Below are positions 49,401 to 62,620 of a stretch of 64,000 nt of DNA, piece by piece. Where the stretch lies: the NCBI GenBank assembly GCA_036172245.1, contig JAYWIR010000034.1, positions 62,001 to 126,000 on the forward strand, given 5' to 3'. The stretch is from Raillietiella orientalis. Taxonomy: Eukaryota. How positions within the stretch are numbered: the first letter of the stretch is position 1; every line of letters begins with the position of its first letter. The notes under the pieces are model-generated. The model was not told where the DNA came from, searched no databases, and saw nothing but the letters and a program-made list of their open reading frames with translations. Position numbers and translations under genes: made by a program.

Positions 49401-52400
49401 TTTGTTAACTTCTGTGTAGCTTAATTACTTGAAGCATTGCTTTTAATGTAAGCATGAACAACTAGCTTGGAATCAAGGCTAATTTTTACAATGGGCTGTA
49501 AATAAAAGTGGGATATTCCACTGTGTTTTTGTTTTTAATTTTTATGTTAAAGGTTTAGAAGATGTTTTTCTGCAAGCATGGAGATTGTGAATGTTAGTAA
49601 TCAACAAAATGGGCTAGGTGAACAATAAAGGAAGGAAATTACGAAAAGTAAACGAAGATTTAGTAAAAAGAAGTGTTTCTTGCAGAGTTTTTCTCATGTG
49701 ATATGCCTACCTGTGGAAACAGCTTATGTATTAAGGGTATCTTTCTCACAATGACCTTTCACTGAGAATCTTCTTTTGTTTGTTTTAGTTTCTTATTCTA
49801 CATTCTACATGCTCCACAGCTATAGTAGGCAGTCTTGATATGCCCAGAGCTGTGTTGAATTTTTCTCTATTGCTATTTGAGATATTAGTCATTTATGTGT
49901 TCAGCAGTTTCACTGTCTTGTTTGCATTCATTATTAAATCACATAAATGTGCTTTTCTTTACATTTGCTAGAGTGTTGTTTCTCATATGCTTTCTATTGC
50001 TTTTATGTCTTACAGTGCTATGTTACATAAAAATCATATACTCATGCACTCTAGGTAATTCATTTTCTTTCTATCAAGGCAACATGGTGCCCGTCAACAA
50101 TTTTGTAATATTTTGGCATTAATGTCCAGAAGAATTGCCATAAATTTTCATTAGCTATTACCAGTCTTATTTAAATATTAAAATATCAAACTGAGAAACG
50201 TGATTCATCAGATATTATTTGGTGCAAATTCATAGAAGAAACATAGCCTCACTTCTCACCCCATATCAGGATGATTATGATACATGTTTGATTATCATAC
50301 AGGATGATGAAGTGAGACCTATGCTTCTATGATTTCTGGCAAATAACAATAGATCAAATCCCCAAGTATGTGTCGAGTTTAAGAAAAGTTTTAAAGAGGA
50401 AATTTCATCCTGTATCCTTGCACATTGAAATTTTCAGCATAGTATCTTTTTCTGTAAAATGTAAAATCGTATTGTGCATAGGTCTTATAAAGTGTTTTCT
50501 ACATGGGTGTTTTTCATAGTATATGTTCCTTTTAATGTAAAATTCAATTATAACTAAAATATTGATTAAACAAAAAGAAATGACTGATTGTCCATTATAT
50601 AAATGCTGCAAGTAAATGGGAAAATGTGCTCATAATAGGGTTTTTGAAATTTCGTAAAATAACTAGAAAGTTATTTTTCTGTTGTTCATCCTTGAAGTCT
50701 CGGTTCTATTCTTAAAGTGGGTTGATTCTGTGTTAATTTCAGGCAGCAATGTTCTCCCCCCCCTCCTCTGTAGAAAACAATTTTCTAGTTTTGGGTTATA
50801 TAATTTCCTTGTTTAGTCTCCTATTCTGTGCTTTCAAGGAAACACTTTAATTTGATTTTTTTATTATGTTTTTTAGCAGAGTGAGAGTAGTGCTGGTAAT
50901 TGAATGTTCATTTCAAAATTATTACTGTAACTAGAATTCTTGTTTTCATTTTGAGTTTAGATGTGATAAAAATAACACAGGCATCATTTTAGACCAATAA
51001 AATCGCACAAGCACAGAGTTGTTTAAATGCATTTTTGGATTTGGCCAGTGGTTTCTACTTGAGACTTTTGCAAGAAATTTGCTCAACATTTAAATTGGAT
51101 CTTCCTTTTAGACGGTGGGTTAGTATATGGCATTCACAACAAGTCTTTCCTTTTCAATAGCAATAATTCCTTGTTTGGATCGATTAGACAGTCAGAATTG
51201 CAGGAGGGATTGGTGCAGCCTAATCGAAGTTCATGCTTATATATCTGTCAATACTGTTTAGTACATCTTGGTGATGTGGCCAGATATCGGCATCAGACTA
51301 CTCAAGCAGAAGGGCTATATAGGTAGGTATTTGGTCTTACATGCATAATCCAGAATCTTTCATGTTAGGCATGCGGCTTTTTTGGTACCCAGCAGCGGCC
51401 AGCCTTATAATCAGTTAGCTTTGTTAGAGGCTGCCAAAGGAGATCGTCTGGCTGCTGTATTCTATTATGCACGTAGTATTGCTGTGTGCAATCCATTTCC
51501 TGTAGCTTCCACCAATCTTTTCAAAGTTTTGGAAAAAGTAAAAGAAGAACGGTGAGCAATTCTCAGATTTGGTTTCTAATGTAAGATTGTATGCATATAG
51601 CATTACTGTTTCAAAAAATGTGAATCTCTCTGCTAAAGAATTTGAGCAACTTTTTCTTCATCTACAAGCAGCATTACATTTGGATGTAGCTGCTAGTGAG
51701 ATAGATGGCCTGCTGTTTTCTTTGACAAATAATGTAACTCCCCTCATAGTAGTTAATAATATCAGTGCTTCGAAGTGTATTCAAGTAAGGCAAGATAAAA
51801 CAGATTGAATACTGTGTTTATTCCAGATAACTGCCATTATTCTTTACACACTTTGGCAGTTTTCTGAGAAATCAACTTCTCCCACCTCAGTATCCAAATC
51901 TGATTCGAGAAAAGAACATGTAGGTTCTGTGTGCGTTGAACTGCTTGCAAGTCTTCTTGAAGCTCTTCTCTTAGCAGCATACATCCAACCTGCTGAAGTT
52001 TCGATTTTGGAATTTCCTTTGTTGTCATCTAGTAAGGATATACTTTGAACGTTGCCATATCATTGTCATTCTTGCAGTAAAAGTTGTATTAGATTGGGTG
52101 CGTGTGGACAGTAATGTTTTACAGAAGGATGCATTTATTCAACATCCTCATATTTGGTCTGGTCTCTGCCATTTGTTGAATAGGTTACAATCTGAATTAG
52201 CTGATTCACAGATGGCAGTTTGTGAGTAACATGTTCAGCATCGTATGTAAATTTATTTGTGTGCTACTCCAGATAGCAGTACTCCTTTGCCAGAAGAACA
52301 AGAATTACAAGGTTTTCTTCCCCTGAATTCAGTGCTGTCTGCATTCAGGTAATGAAATTCTTTTCTTTGATTGAGCTATATATACTCCTTAGATTGAAAA

Positions 52401-53889
52401 ATGGTATACAGCTGTTTGATAAGAAAAGAGTTTTAGTGGTAAGAGCATTCCGCCTTATTGGATTAGGCAAATGGCTCACCAAACAACCAACTGCAGGAAC
52501 TGCATTGCTGTCTGTAGTTGACTCCAATGGGGTTCCTACCTTCACCTCTTCTGAGACTGTTCCTCCTGATCTGATCAAACAACTGAAACAAATTAGCCTG
52601 GACAAAGATTCTAAAGATGTTGCTTTGGTGCCCTTGGAAGGCGAATGTAGTTCTTCTGAAGTTGAAAATGGTATTGGTCAACCATTTTTAACGCCTAGAA
52701 AACCAGGCATTTTGAAAAATCAACCATCTCAAGAATCTTATTCAAAAGAAAAACTATATAAAGAGAAAGATACAAAGCCCAAAAGTCTATTAACATCTGC
52801 AGGCGCCAAAAAAATTCGACAGAATATTGCATTGCAGACTATTATGAAAAAAGGTAATGCTTCCAGTGTTACTGAGCAAAACAGATCACGGACTGACAGC
52901 AAACAGGCTAGTGAAAATATTCGTACACATAGAGTTGTAAACATTGCAATGCAGGTGACTTTCAAAACACCATCATCATCTCCTGTGATCCTGCCAGCAT
53001 CTCATCTTCCTAATGCATCTCTTTCATCAAATGGTACTGGCAACCGCACTTTGTGGGCAAATGTGGCTAAATGTCCTGAAAAAGCCACAAATCCTTCTGC
53101 TCTGCCACTTATTGATACATCATCAGGCAGCACTGGATTCTACACGTCTCCTGATAGCATTTTGTCTCCATTTCATTCTTCTCTTTATCACAATGCAAAT
53201 GCTGAGAATTCTTCATTGTATTTATCTTCTTTGGATCATGCTATGTCTAAACAGCAAACTAATTTTAAAAATGACTATGCTGATCAATCTAGCAGTTCCT
53301 CCCATTCTACTTGGTGGCAGAAATCTAAAGATCAGCATTATCTTCCAACTGTGTCTTCTGCATCAAAATTTCTCTCAAATAGCAATGGAGCAACTTTTGA
53401 CACAAAAAAGTCAGAATCTCTGGCTAATGGTTCTTCTATTGTATCAGCTTATAGCAGTCCATTCTGTAGTGTCTCTCATGTGCAGCCAACTTCTAGTACT
53501 GGACAGTTTGCTACATCTACTTTCGCACAGGCTGTAGGACATAACCAGGATGTAAGAGTTTCACTTTTTAATTAGATGTTAAGTCAGTTTATAGAAACCA
53601 TGGAAAGAAGATACATTCTCTAAAAAGCCTGACTCTTCTGAAAATGCTTCTAATACCTATTCCTTGTTTAACAGCCCATGTTTGATTCCCCAGCTGGGAA
53701 GTAATTTGTGGAACCCTTCAGCAACCAACACATGGTCAAATGGGGAAGCTACTCCACAGGTATATTGTAGTTTGTAAAAAAAATTCTATTCTTTTGTAGT
53801 TTTCGTTTTGGGCCGAGAATTTAGGCCCATCACCATTGGAGCGTCTTTTGCAGCAACAGAAGCAGAAAAAAGATTCTTTTCCCAGTTGA
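46432..53889 (+). CDS. SMG7: Nonsense-mediated decay factor SMG7 (EST1/14-3-3-like TPR domain), ~910 aa, 13 exons
   Basis: Exons 46432-46457, 46561-46648, 47293-47421, 50993-51114, 51161-51322, 51369-51551, 51601-51784, 51827-52031, 52078-52221, 52273-52348, 52393-53551, 53595-53759, 53800-53889, in phase. Motifs DLEHALDKKIEQDLWN.IFKNQI, CQYCLVHLGDVARYR, PSSGQPYNQLA, PLPEEQELQGFLPL, C-terminal PSPLERLLQQQKQK; no PIN domain. Confidence 0.93.
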
Positions 53890-54267
53890 AATATCATCAA
53901 ACAACAGTTGAAGAAATTCTGGAATATATAGGAAGATGGAAATGCTAATCAAGCCACCAAATTAGCCATCACCGTTGACTCTATTGAAATTTGACAGTCA
54001 CATGTTCAACTGAAGACAGGGAGGTTACAAGCCCCAACCATGAAGTGATATGCTGTTTTATCTTGATGCCTTACATTTGAATATTTGGATGCTGATGACT
54101 TGGATCCTCTTCATCGTAAAGAAACGTCACTTGTAATTTCACGAAAATTGCTATTTAGCAAGTAATGTGATTTGCTTTCTTGGAAATCTTGACTAGCTGC
54201 ATATTTTGTCGACCAAATTCTGTATCCACAAGTCTTCACTTACAAGAATACAGTCAGTGCAGCTTCA

Positions 54268-54273
54268 AATAAA
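54268..54273 (+). promoter_or_regulatory. Probable SMG7 polyadenylation signal
   Basis: AATAAA ~380 nt after the stop, followed by a long T run. Confidence 0.5.
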
Positions 54274-54899
54274 CACAATTGCTTTCCAAATGTTTTTTTT
54301 TTTTTTTTAATATCACAAATACAGTATAAACATGTTCTCTTTCATAATTTTGCGTTTTGGGAATTCAGTTATAGCAAACTGTAGCAAAATTCATATTGAA
54401 GGAATTGTGTATAAATGTTTCAAAGCGAGCGATCCATATGGTTTGAAATTCACGTTTTTCGGTTGGCGATTTCGATGTGGCACATTTTTGAACTGCAGAT
54501 TTTACTTCCAGATTTCAGTCCTTTTGATTACTTTGGTAGTCTAATAGTTTAAACTTGTTAAATCGCCAAAGCACTTGTGTTTCAAAAGACGAGCCTAGGA
54601 TACGAAAAGAACAACATTTAGCAAAAGTTTTTAATCATACGCTGAAAAGTAAAGAACAATGCTTAATGTGAGAATGGATGTATTTTTGTGGGGCAGAGTA
54701 CAGTGTGGGAGCAGACAAATGGTCAATCGAGTCCCTCAGATCATGAACAGTCTAAAGTTAATGACGACAGGAAATTGCAAAATGATTAAAATTGCTGAAT
54801 CAAATGTACACCCAGAATTAAGTTAATTTTTTGTGAAGTTTAAAAAAAAAAAATTGTATTAAGTAGTCCAACTTTTACATTAGTATTGGACTCATTTAG

Positions 54900-56500
54900 C
54901 GTAGTTTAAGTTTGACATTTAGTTTCTGGTGATCATAGACCCGAATTTTGCTGTGCTTACTCCCCATCTCTAACTACTGGTGGCGACTTTACATCAGTTT
55001 ATTCATTCACGTGCCCAAGGACATGCACAAATGAATGAGAAATGAGTGATGGAATTGACGGAAAATTACTACATTAGCGTTCAATATATGTAAAGCTATA
55101 CTTTAAATACATTTCTTCAGAAACTAGATTATTTTTCATTTGAACATTCTGAATGAATCTATGGTAAAACGCTGTTTGACACTGAAGTATTCCGTCTTGC
55201 ACTCGTATTTTTCCTGATCCTGCCACGTGTATGATCTGTCGTTTCCCACATGTTTTGCTTATTTCTAAAAATGGATGTAATATTACTCTAATGTTGTTAT
55301 TCTTGTATCTAAAACGTGCTTTTAGTGTACTCTGGCAAATTAAATCGCAATTTTTAGAACGCGCATCGACACGGCAAATCGATGGCAGCAATTTGCGATT
55401 ATGCTTTTTTACCAGCTAATTTGATTTTCACTTTTGAGCTTTACAGAATTATAGGATTTTCGCTTTTGTCTTGAACTTTTCCGGGATGATCTTCTGGTTA
55501 CAGAACTCATGTATGATGCACAAAAATCGCTTTCCTTTCATGAATGCTAATTCACTGTGCATTCGAGGTACATTTCATTATTTGTTTGTTTTAGCATTCG
55601 CATCTGAACTTTGAAACCCTGTTCCTGTTAGTTTGAGGAACTCTGTGTCCTTGATCTCAAAAGTGTGTCTTTTTCTCTCTCAATATTTTGCTTATTCAAG
55701 AGAGTGTAAATTCCCAAGTATTGCTGAACATCACTCTGCTAAGGAGGATTTTTTTTGTTTTGTTTTGTTTTCCTGTTGTGCAAAGTGATTCGAAGAGTTT
55801 GCAATGGTGTCACAAATTATTCCATTGCAATAACCACTTATGCATTTAAAATTTATCCATTACAGTTTTCAAAGTTGTGGGAGAAAAAAATCCAATTGCC
55901 ATCCTGAAGGATAGCCACCTAAACAGAGTTCAGTCAAATAGTCAAAGGTCTAAATAAAAGAGTCCAAATATTTGATTTTCGCGAGTTTTTATTAATTTCA
56001 AAGTAAATTTGGTGCACAAGCTGATGTTTCACAAGCATTAATATCAAATGGTGTATTACGGAAATATTTAAATGAGTATTGGTCGTGAATGAATGTCCTA
56101 TGCCATTCAGCAACAAGAAAAACAGAATACTGGAAGGAAGATAAGTTAAGTTACGTGACTTAATGATAGTCTCATTAGAATCATCAATATACTGAAAACT
56201 TGTGCTATTAGCTTTAGAAGATGCACAAATCTTTATGAACAAAACTTGTACGAGTGAGGAGTTTAATGCCTTGAACTTGAACACACATTTAGTGACGTAA
56301 ATATTGATCATTATCTGTTTGTGTGGATATCAGATCCTGCATTAACTATTACAATTAGTAGAAGGAATCACTGCCGTTCTGTTTTGTAAAAATAATTATG
56401 TAGCCCACTAAATTCACAGGTGAGAAACGAAAGAGCTGTCGAATGAAAAGTTTTTCAGCGAATTTTCTGTGATCCGGATGTTCGTAAGAGTAATTTACAT
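54900..56500 (-). pseudogene. Decayed AT-rich L1-like APE/linker relic
   Basis: LFIKICASSKANSTSFQYI (N+YAP..FF-like) and QTAFYHRF fragments. Confidence 0.2.
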
Positions 56501-57099
56501 GGAGATTCAAGGGGATTTAGCTTGTAATAATCAAGCTTCTTTCTTGAGCGTTTTCCATTCCTTGTTTGTCTCTTGTTTGAAAAAATCCCATTTCCGATTC
56601 TCTTAGGATAGTAAGAGCTGATCACGATTTTGTTTTTTTTTTCGCTTGGTTAAGTTTCCTTTAGTACAATAAGTGGGAGCATTTTCATGTTCATGCAGAG
56701 TTCTGGCTACAAAATGGCCAGTTCTGGCTCTGGCTCTGGTTCATGGTTCCGGCTTTTCTTTTCAAAACTGGAGAAATTGGTACATGCACACTAGTGTCAG
56801 AGGATTAAGAATAAATCCCAAGATTCCTCTGATACTCTCCAATACGTATTTTATTGACTGATATGTCTCCTTGTCAGACAAACAAAAATTGGTAGAGACT
56901 TATTCATTTTAATTAAAGATAGGCTTTTGGATCTTTCTAAAGCTGGAAGCAAATATAAATCGATGCATCTGCACTTAAACCATTTGGCTTAATTATTTTA
57001 GAAAGGGGTAAACGAGAAATGCCTTTGCAAAGTTCAGTATGAGCAAACATTTTTTTGTTTTTAATTTTGTACCTGATTATGCCGACATATTTATTTCAT

Positions 57100-60000
57100 T
57101 TCCATTCAATGTGTAAATCTTATTTTCGTTCCATCATTCCATAATCGTTCTAAACACTGTTGTTACTAGGATGACCCCGTTTGGGGCCTTGGTGACTTCC
57201 TGTTTCCCTTTTAATCATCACTTTGGTTCGCTGCAGGAGTCCCTTTGTTAGAGAGCTTTTTTCCAGAGATCGCAAGCGTACTATGTACACAACCTGGTGA
57301 AGCGGTGCAATGTGGTTTCCAGAGTTTGTAAGCTTCAAAAGTCTTGGTTTCCTGAAATTGCGCGAGTTGGTTGCATTCCAATTCTCACTCGTGAATATCT
57401 ACGCACCGTAACAAGGAAACAAAATTTGAAACTGTAAAAATAGTTGCAAAAGCCTTAGTCAGAACTCTTGCACGTCCCAGTTCAGATCCCAGCTTCACCC
57501 GGAAGCAGATATACTGTGGAAATTGTCTGGGGAAATGCTATCCGCTAAGGAAGTTGTTGAACAGCTGATTATCCAGCAAAGGGATCGAATTTGTAATGGA
57601 ATGGATGTTCTGCAAAACAATAAAATAAAATGATGTTTCGCAGATCATACACGCCAGCTTGGAGAAAACCAGCTTCTGACGACTCTTATACACGCTCTAG
57701 GCAGTCTACAGTGGCAACTGTAAACTCCAATGTTGGATATCATAAGGTTTTGAAAGTAAGAATTCCCGAGTTAAAAAAACAAGTGCAGTGTTGGGTGTAC
57801 TCGGGTGTTGCCCGGATCGATGACAGGAATGGAATCCATAAGTCTGAAGCATAGGAGGTCCTCATGGCAGCTTGTATTCGCTGCTGCGAACACCACTAGA
57901 AGGAAAGATGTGCAGCGAATGAGCTATTAGAAGCCATGAATAATAATTTTGGGCAAAATGCCAGCAGTGAAGTCCACCGACAGGAAATCTCGAAGCAGAT
58001 AGACAAATTGCAGCTGAAAGTGTTTCCTGAATAAGATGTATCGCTTCCGAGTTTACAGGGCATTGCTCTCGGAGAAGTATGTACAACACTCAATGAGCGC
58101 ATAGCTAGGCCACAACAGAAACATCAAACGGAACTGAAGACCTTGTAGTCTGAGAAAAATCATTCCACAGCTGTCATCAACCCCGGGAAACCATCACCAA
58201 CCCTGAGGAAACTTGGAATGCCGGAAACCCTTGATTCGTGCTCCAGCATGTTGTTCAACGGCTATTCAGCACCGAAAACAGCATGAAGACTAGGTTTTCA
58301 GGGAGGTGCATCCCAACCTTAACCTAACCTGCTTAGGCTTGTATCCGGAAGTAATTCTTGGGAATGTCAAGGATTGCTTATTTCATGAAGATGGGAACAG
58401 GAAAGACCAGGAGCTGAACCACGGAAGACATGAGTGTCACTGTTTCCACTTGCAAGGGCAACGCGACGAAAAAAAATGACATAGAAACAAGTTAGCTCAT
58501 CCAGCAAAAGGTACTGGTGTCGAAAGATTGCGAGAAGTGTAGACATCATGCGCCACTTTGTATTGGAATGTGGAGCACGAAAGAGTGATGTAAGAAGACA
58601 ACAGAAGGAATCAGTGCACAAATGAAAGTGTTTTGCAATGTACCAAGTGCCATTCATCTGAATGCCACAGTGTTTCACTAAAGATTCCGCATACCTTCAG
58701 AGCATAAATTTCTTGATCTAGGCATCATGACACTAGCAAGAATCAGCCTTGTATTGCTTTGGCGGTTCAGAGAAGATTTCCTCTCACTTCAGTGCGATGA
58801 AAATTCGCGGAGCCAGAAAAGTTGGCAGAGCTTCCGGTTGCTTTCTTGAATAATGTGTGTAGGTGTTTCGAAATGATTTTGAACACAAAGTAGCTCTGCT
58901 TTGTAATTTATTCGGATGAGTAGCAGGCGGGATAATTAGAAAGCTAGAGATCATCTCTCTTTCCCCTTTTGATCTGAGAAGAATTCCATCAATGCAGTTA
59001 CCAGTTAACGAAGTGAGAACTGATCTGAAATCTCAAGACTGCCAAAGTCCAGGCTAAATTTATAGTAGAATGCCGCAGTCATCAGGAAAAAGTTCCATGA
59101 ACAATAGATTTATATAAGAATGCTGATTATCCAACAAAGGTAACAGATACAGCATATGATTATGAGTAGGATGCATAGTTCTGCTTCCAATCTCGATCTC
59201 TAGGGATACCACTGTCTTGGGAGATCACTTATCTCTCAGTAGCGTAGTAATCAATGAGTCAAGTTTTATCTTCATGGTTCCCAATTAACGCTTCTTCCAT
59301 AACGCGAGACAATACTCTTTTTATGTGACCAAAGCCTACTTCAATCTGTGCGATGTAATCTACTGTTTCAACTCTTTCCATTCTTTTCTTCTTTCTGAGT
59401 TTTTCTGAAATACAGTCTCAGTATCCTGTGCTGTCTTTAGGGGCGGTTCCCAACTCAGCCTCAGTCTTTCGTAATTTCAAGGTACTCTGAAATAAAAGGA
59501 AATAAGGAAGCGTCTCAGTGTAGAGTGCTCCGAAATAGTAACTTAGAAGCTAAAGATTGATATTTTTTTTTTTTGGGGGGGGGGGAGGAACAAGATTTAG
59601 TTACTCGGACTTATTAACGACACCTTGGCTCCTTCACACAAGACATCGTAAACATCATCATCAAACATCATGCTTCAACAAAAATCTGCATCATAACATT
59701 AGCTGATAGGTGCATATTCTAAGAGAAGCACGAAATTGCCCATTTCCACCAAAACATAGATGCCATTAGGTTGTCAACGCAGCAAAAAATTTCAGTATTG
59801 CTTGGGCGAGATACATGTGAAAGCGCTCTGAATTTTTCGTATTTTCAAGCATCACTAAGGAATGAAGACTTGCATCTCGACTTTTTCCTGATAATTTCGA
59901 ACTGCTAAGGAACTTTACTCCAAGTTGGCAATCTCCGTGAGATCGTATTTGTACCAATCTGCTTTCGTTGATGAGGTGAACAAACAGATCCTCTTCACCA

Positions 60001-62620
60001 GCCAGTCATTCTCGAGCAATCTCTCTAGGGAGATGTGTCAAACATGATGATTCCTAACTGGAAAAGATGTCCTTGCCAATTGAGACTGGAGCACAGCCCA
60101 CTGAGGTAAGTTGCACATCGCTAATGGATCCCGCTGTGCATCTGGATGAAGGCAGAGACATCTCAAAAGATTGCTGCTCGTTGGTCTGCTGTGATAGTTG
60201 CAAGAGAGCCATTGTCATCTTCAGATGAGGAAAGCGTTTTCAGGGAATCTGGGGTCGACTGGGAATGGCATTTAGCAACGCAGTTTCAGAGATACACAGA
60301 AACCTCACGAATTACCTTAGAGACTGGAATAGAAGCAGAGTGACTTCTCTGCTTCTATTCCAATTCTAATACATTCGGTGACTTCTCCACCTCGAATCCC
60401 TCGAACCTTTCGATCCTTTCTTTGGAATCCATCCTTTGGATAATCGGTTAAAATCGAGATCTTGTGGCCGGAGCCCCGCATCTCAAACTGTTTCTACAAG
60501 GCAGCGCATAAGCATAAGGGATGTTTCCCAGTGGACGTCATGGTATGGTGCTTTCTTTTTTCCCTTGGGAGATAATCATGGCTAATCGATCTCCACTTTG
60601 CATGGATTTGCAAAGTGAACGCCTTCCTTTTCCTGTTTTTTTTTCTGGTACTGCAGATCATTAAAAGAACGAGAGTTCAGTGAGAGATTGCAGCAGCGTG
60701 CCTTCTGAGCAGTAATGCAGCCCAGCGATGCACATGTGAGAAAACTTGACGGATTCTCCGAGCGCATCATCTGATCACGAAAGGAAACAGGAGGAAGTGG
60801 GCAGAATTGTTGAGCCTAGTGCACCACTCCTCATGAAGCAGCTTTGACCTGGTCTCCAGGCCATCTTAAAGAGAAAGCCTGTCACACTTTCGAAGTTATG
60901 GATTTACAGAGCAGACTTCGACATCAGCGCCATCACGCTTGCGGATTCCTCTGAAGATCCTTTCTGACATCACATTTGCTGCTGCTGTCGCTACCGCTGC
61001 TGCCGTGATTGCATGCTCACAATTTACCCCAGGAGCAGCGATCATTTTTATTCTCCTTTCCCGTAAGATCCCCTTCAAAAGAACTCGCTTCGGTTGAGAG
61101 TTAACTTACAGCATCCGTCTTCCGAAGGCAAGCGGAGCGTTCTTTGGAACGTGACATTTCGTTGTCTCTTTGACAAAGCGCTGCCCAGCGTCGTCCTAGA
61201 AGGGGAAAGAATTTTGACCCTGATCCGGAGGGCGAGAGCGGCATTCGGGCAGCTGTTCTCTTTTCCCTTGCTCCGTGGTGCAGGGAGGCAGGAAATGAAG
61301 GGAGGGTGTTCATGCTGCACCTACGGCGGCTCGCGCTTCGCACCACCGTCGCCACTCCACTAGGCGGCTCCGGGTCGGTGGTCCCAACTTCATTACTGGT
61401 CTTCACGGTGCGTGCTGATGATGCTAGAGGGAGGGGGGAAAGGAATCCTTCGCCACCATCCACACGGTTCGGTTATCTGCTCTATCCTACCCATCTGCTC
61501 CTCAGAAAGAGACTGTAGGTTGCCAATCACGGCTGTGGCCAACCGACGCTCCCGTCACACGCATCACGAGAGGTTGGACCTTGGATAGCCAGCTCCTTTT
61601 CGCAGAAGTCCCGCCGTTCATTGGCCCCCCCGAGCTCTGAGACATCCTGCGACGAGCTGTTTGTGCTCCTCTGCAGGGGTAACAGAGAGCCACTCCTCGA
61701 CGGCTGCCCTCCTTGCGCTGCTTGGAATCTTCCGCAGCTGTTGGCAAGCTCTTAGAGAGACAGGACGCGATCGACAGCTGACTCGCCCCTATCCCTGGAA
61801 CAGCAGATCAGGTCGGACCTCCAAGTCCGCTCGGCTGAAGGACTCCAACTCCTGGTGTTTCTAGAAAGTCCTCTTGATACTGGGCCACCATGAGAGGTCA
61901 TGCTTGCAGCTGATGAGACCGGATTTGTTGATGACTGAGGGTGCGCCAGCAGGACTCTTCCCTCTCCGTGTATTTCCCGAGCTTCGATCTACGGCATTCC
62001 CGGAAGAGGAGACGCTCTCGAGGTCGGGGCGTCGATCAGCGCGCAGAGGATGCCGAAGGTCCACATGAGACCTGATGAACGAACTGCCTCCGGCACTCTT
62101 CGTTTCCGGAGGAATTCCTGTGTTTCTCGACCCTCCCTCCCTCCTCCTCCTCCCCCCTTCGACCCATGCGCGAACAGAAACATCGTCTCTCGGCCTGAGA
62201 CCTGGTCGAGGACGCTGAGGAGTCCTTCTTGCTTGGGCGCGCACACGTTCCTCGACCGGGATTTCCCGAGTCGCCGGAACCTCCTCGGATCCAAGCGGGA
62301 GGACGACGGCTTGTTCGTTCGGACCCAACGGAAGAACCGCTGGGATGCTCACATCCGCACACCTTTATTGGAATCGATGCTGAGGCTCCTGAGCCTCGGG
62401 TCTTGCCCTCCACCTCCACTCCTGAGGGATTCCTCGAACTTCTCCAGTGCCAGGTTCTCGCTGCAGAATTCTCCCAGGGTCTCGCTTCCATCTTCGCCCA
62501 GGTCAGGCTGGTATGCTGCGTTGCCGTAGTCTTGGTATTCGTACGCGTATCTGGCCATCAAGGCGAAAACAAATATGTCCACCACGATCAGACCCCCGAA
62601 GAAGAAGAACTCAAAAGACT
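57100..62620 (-). mobile_element. Decayed Tx1/L1-like LINE: ORF1 (~62560-60650) then APE/RT (~58800-57100)
   Basis: KGILRERRIKM, PGQSCF..GALG..CP and FLTCASLGCI knuckle remnants; DTHVFRG (APE), DYKVFS, FAQNYYSW, FPSSGVRS (GVRQG-like). May be more than one element. Confidence 0.5.

Noticed and set aside
52352..53575. 407-aa ORF as a standalone gene
   Set aside because: It is SMG7 exon 11; its ATG and stop are both intronic.
21591..53799. U12-type or non-GT-AG introns
   Set aside because: All reconstructed introns are GT-AG and none has the GTATCCTT donor.
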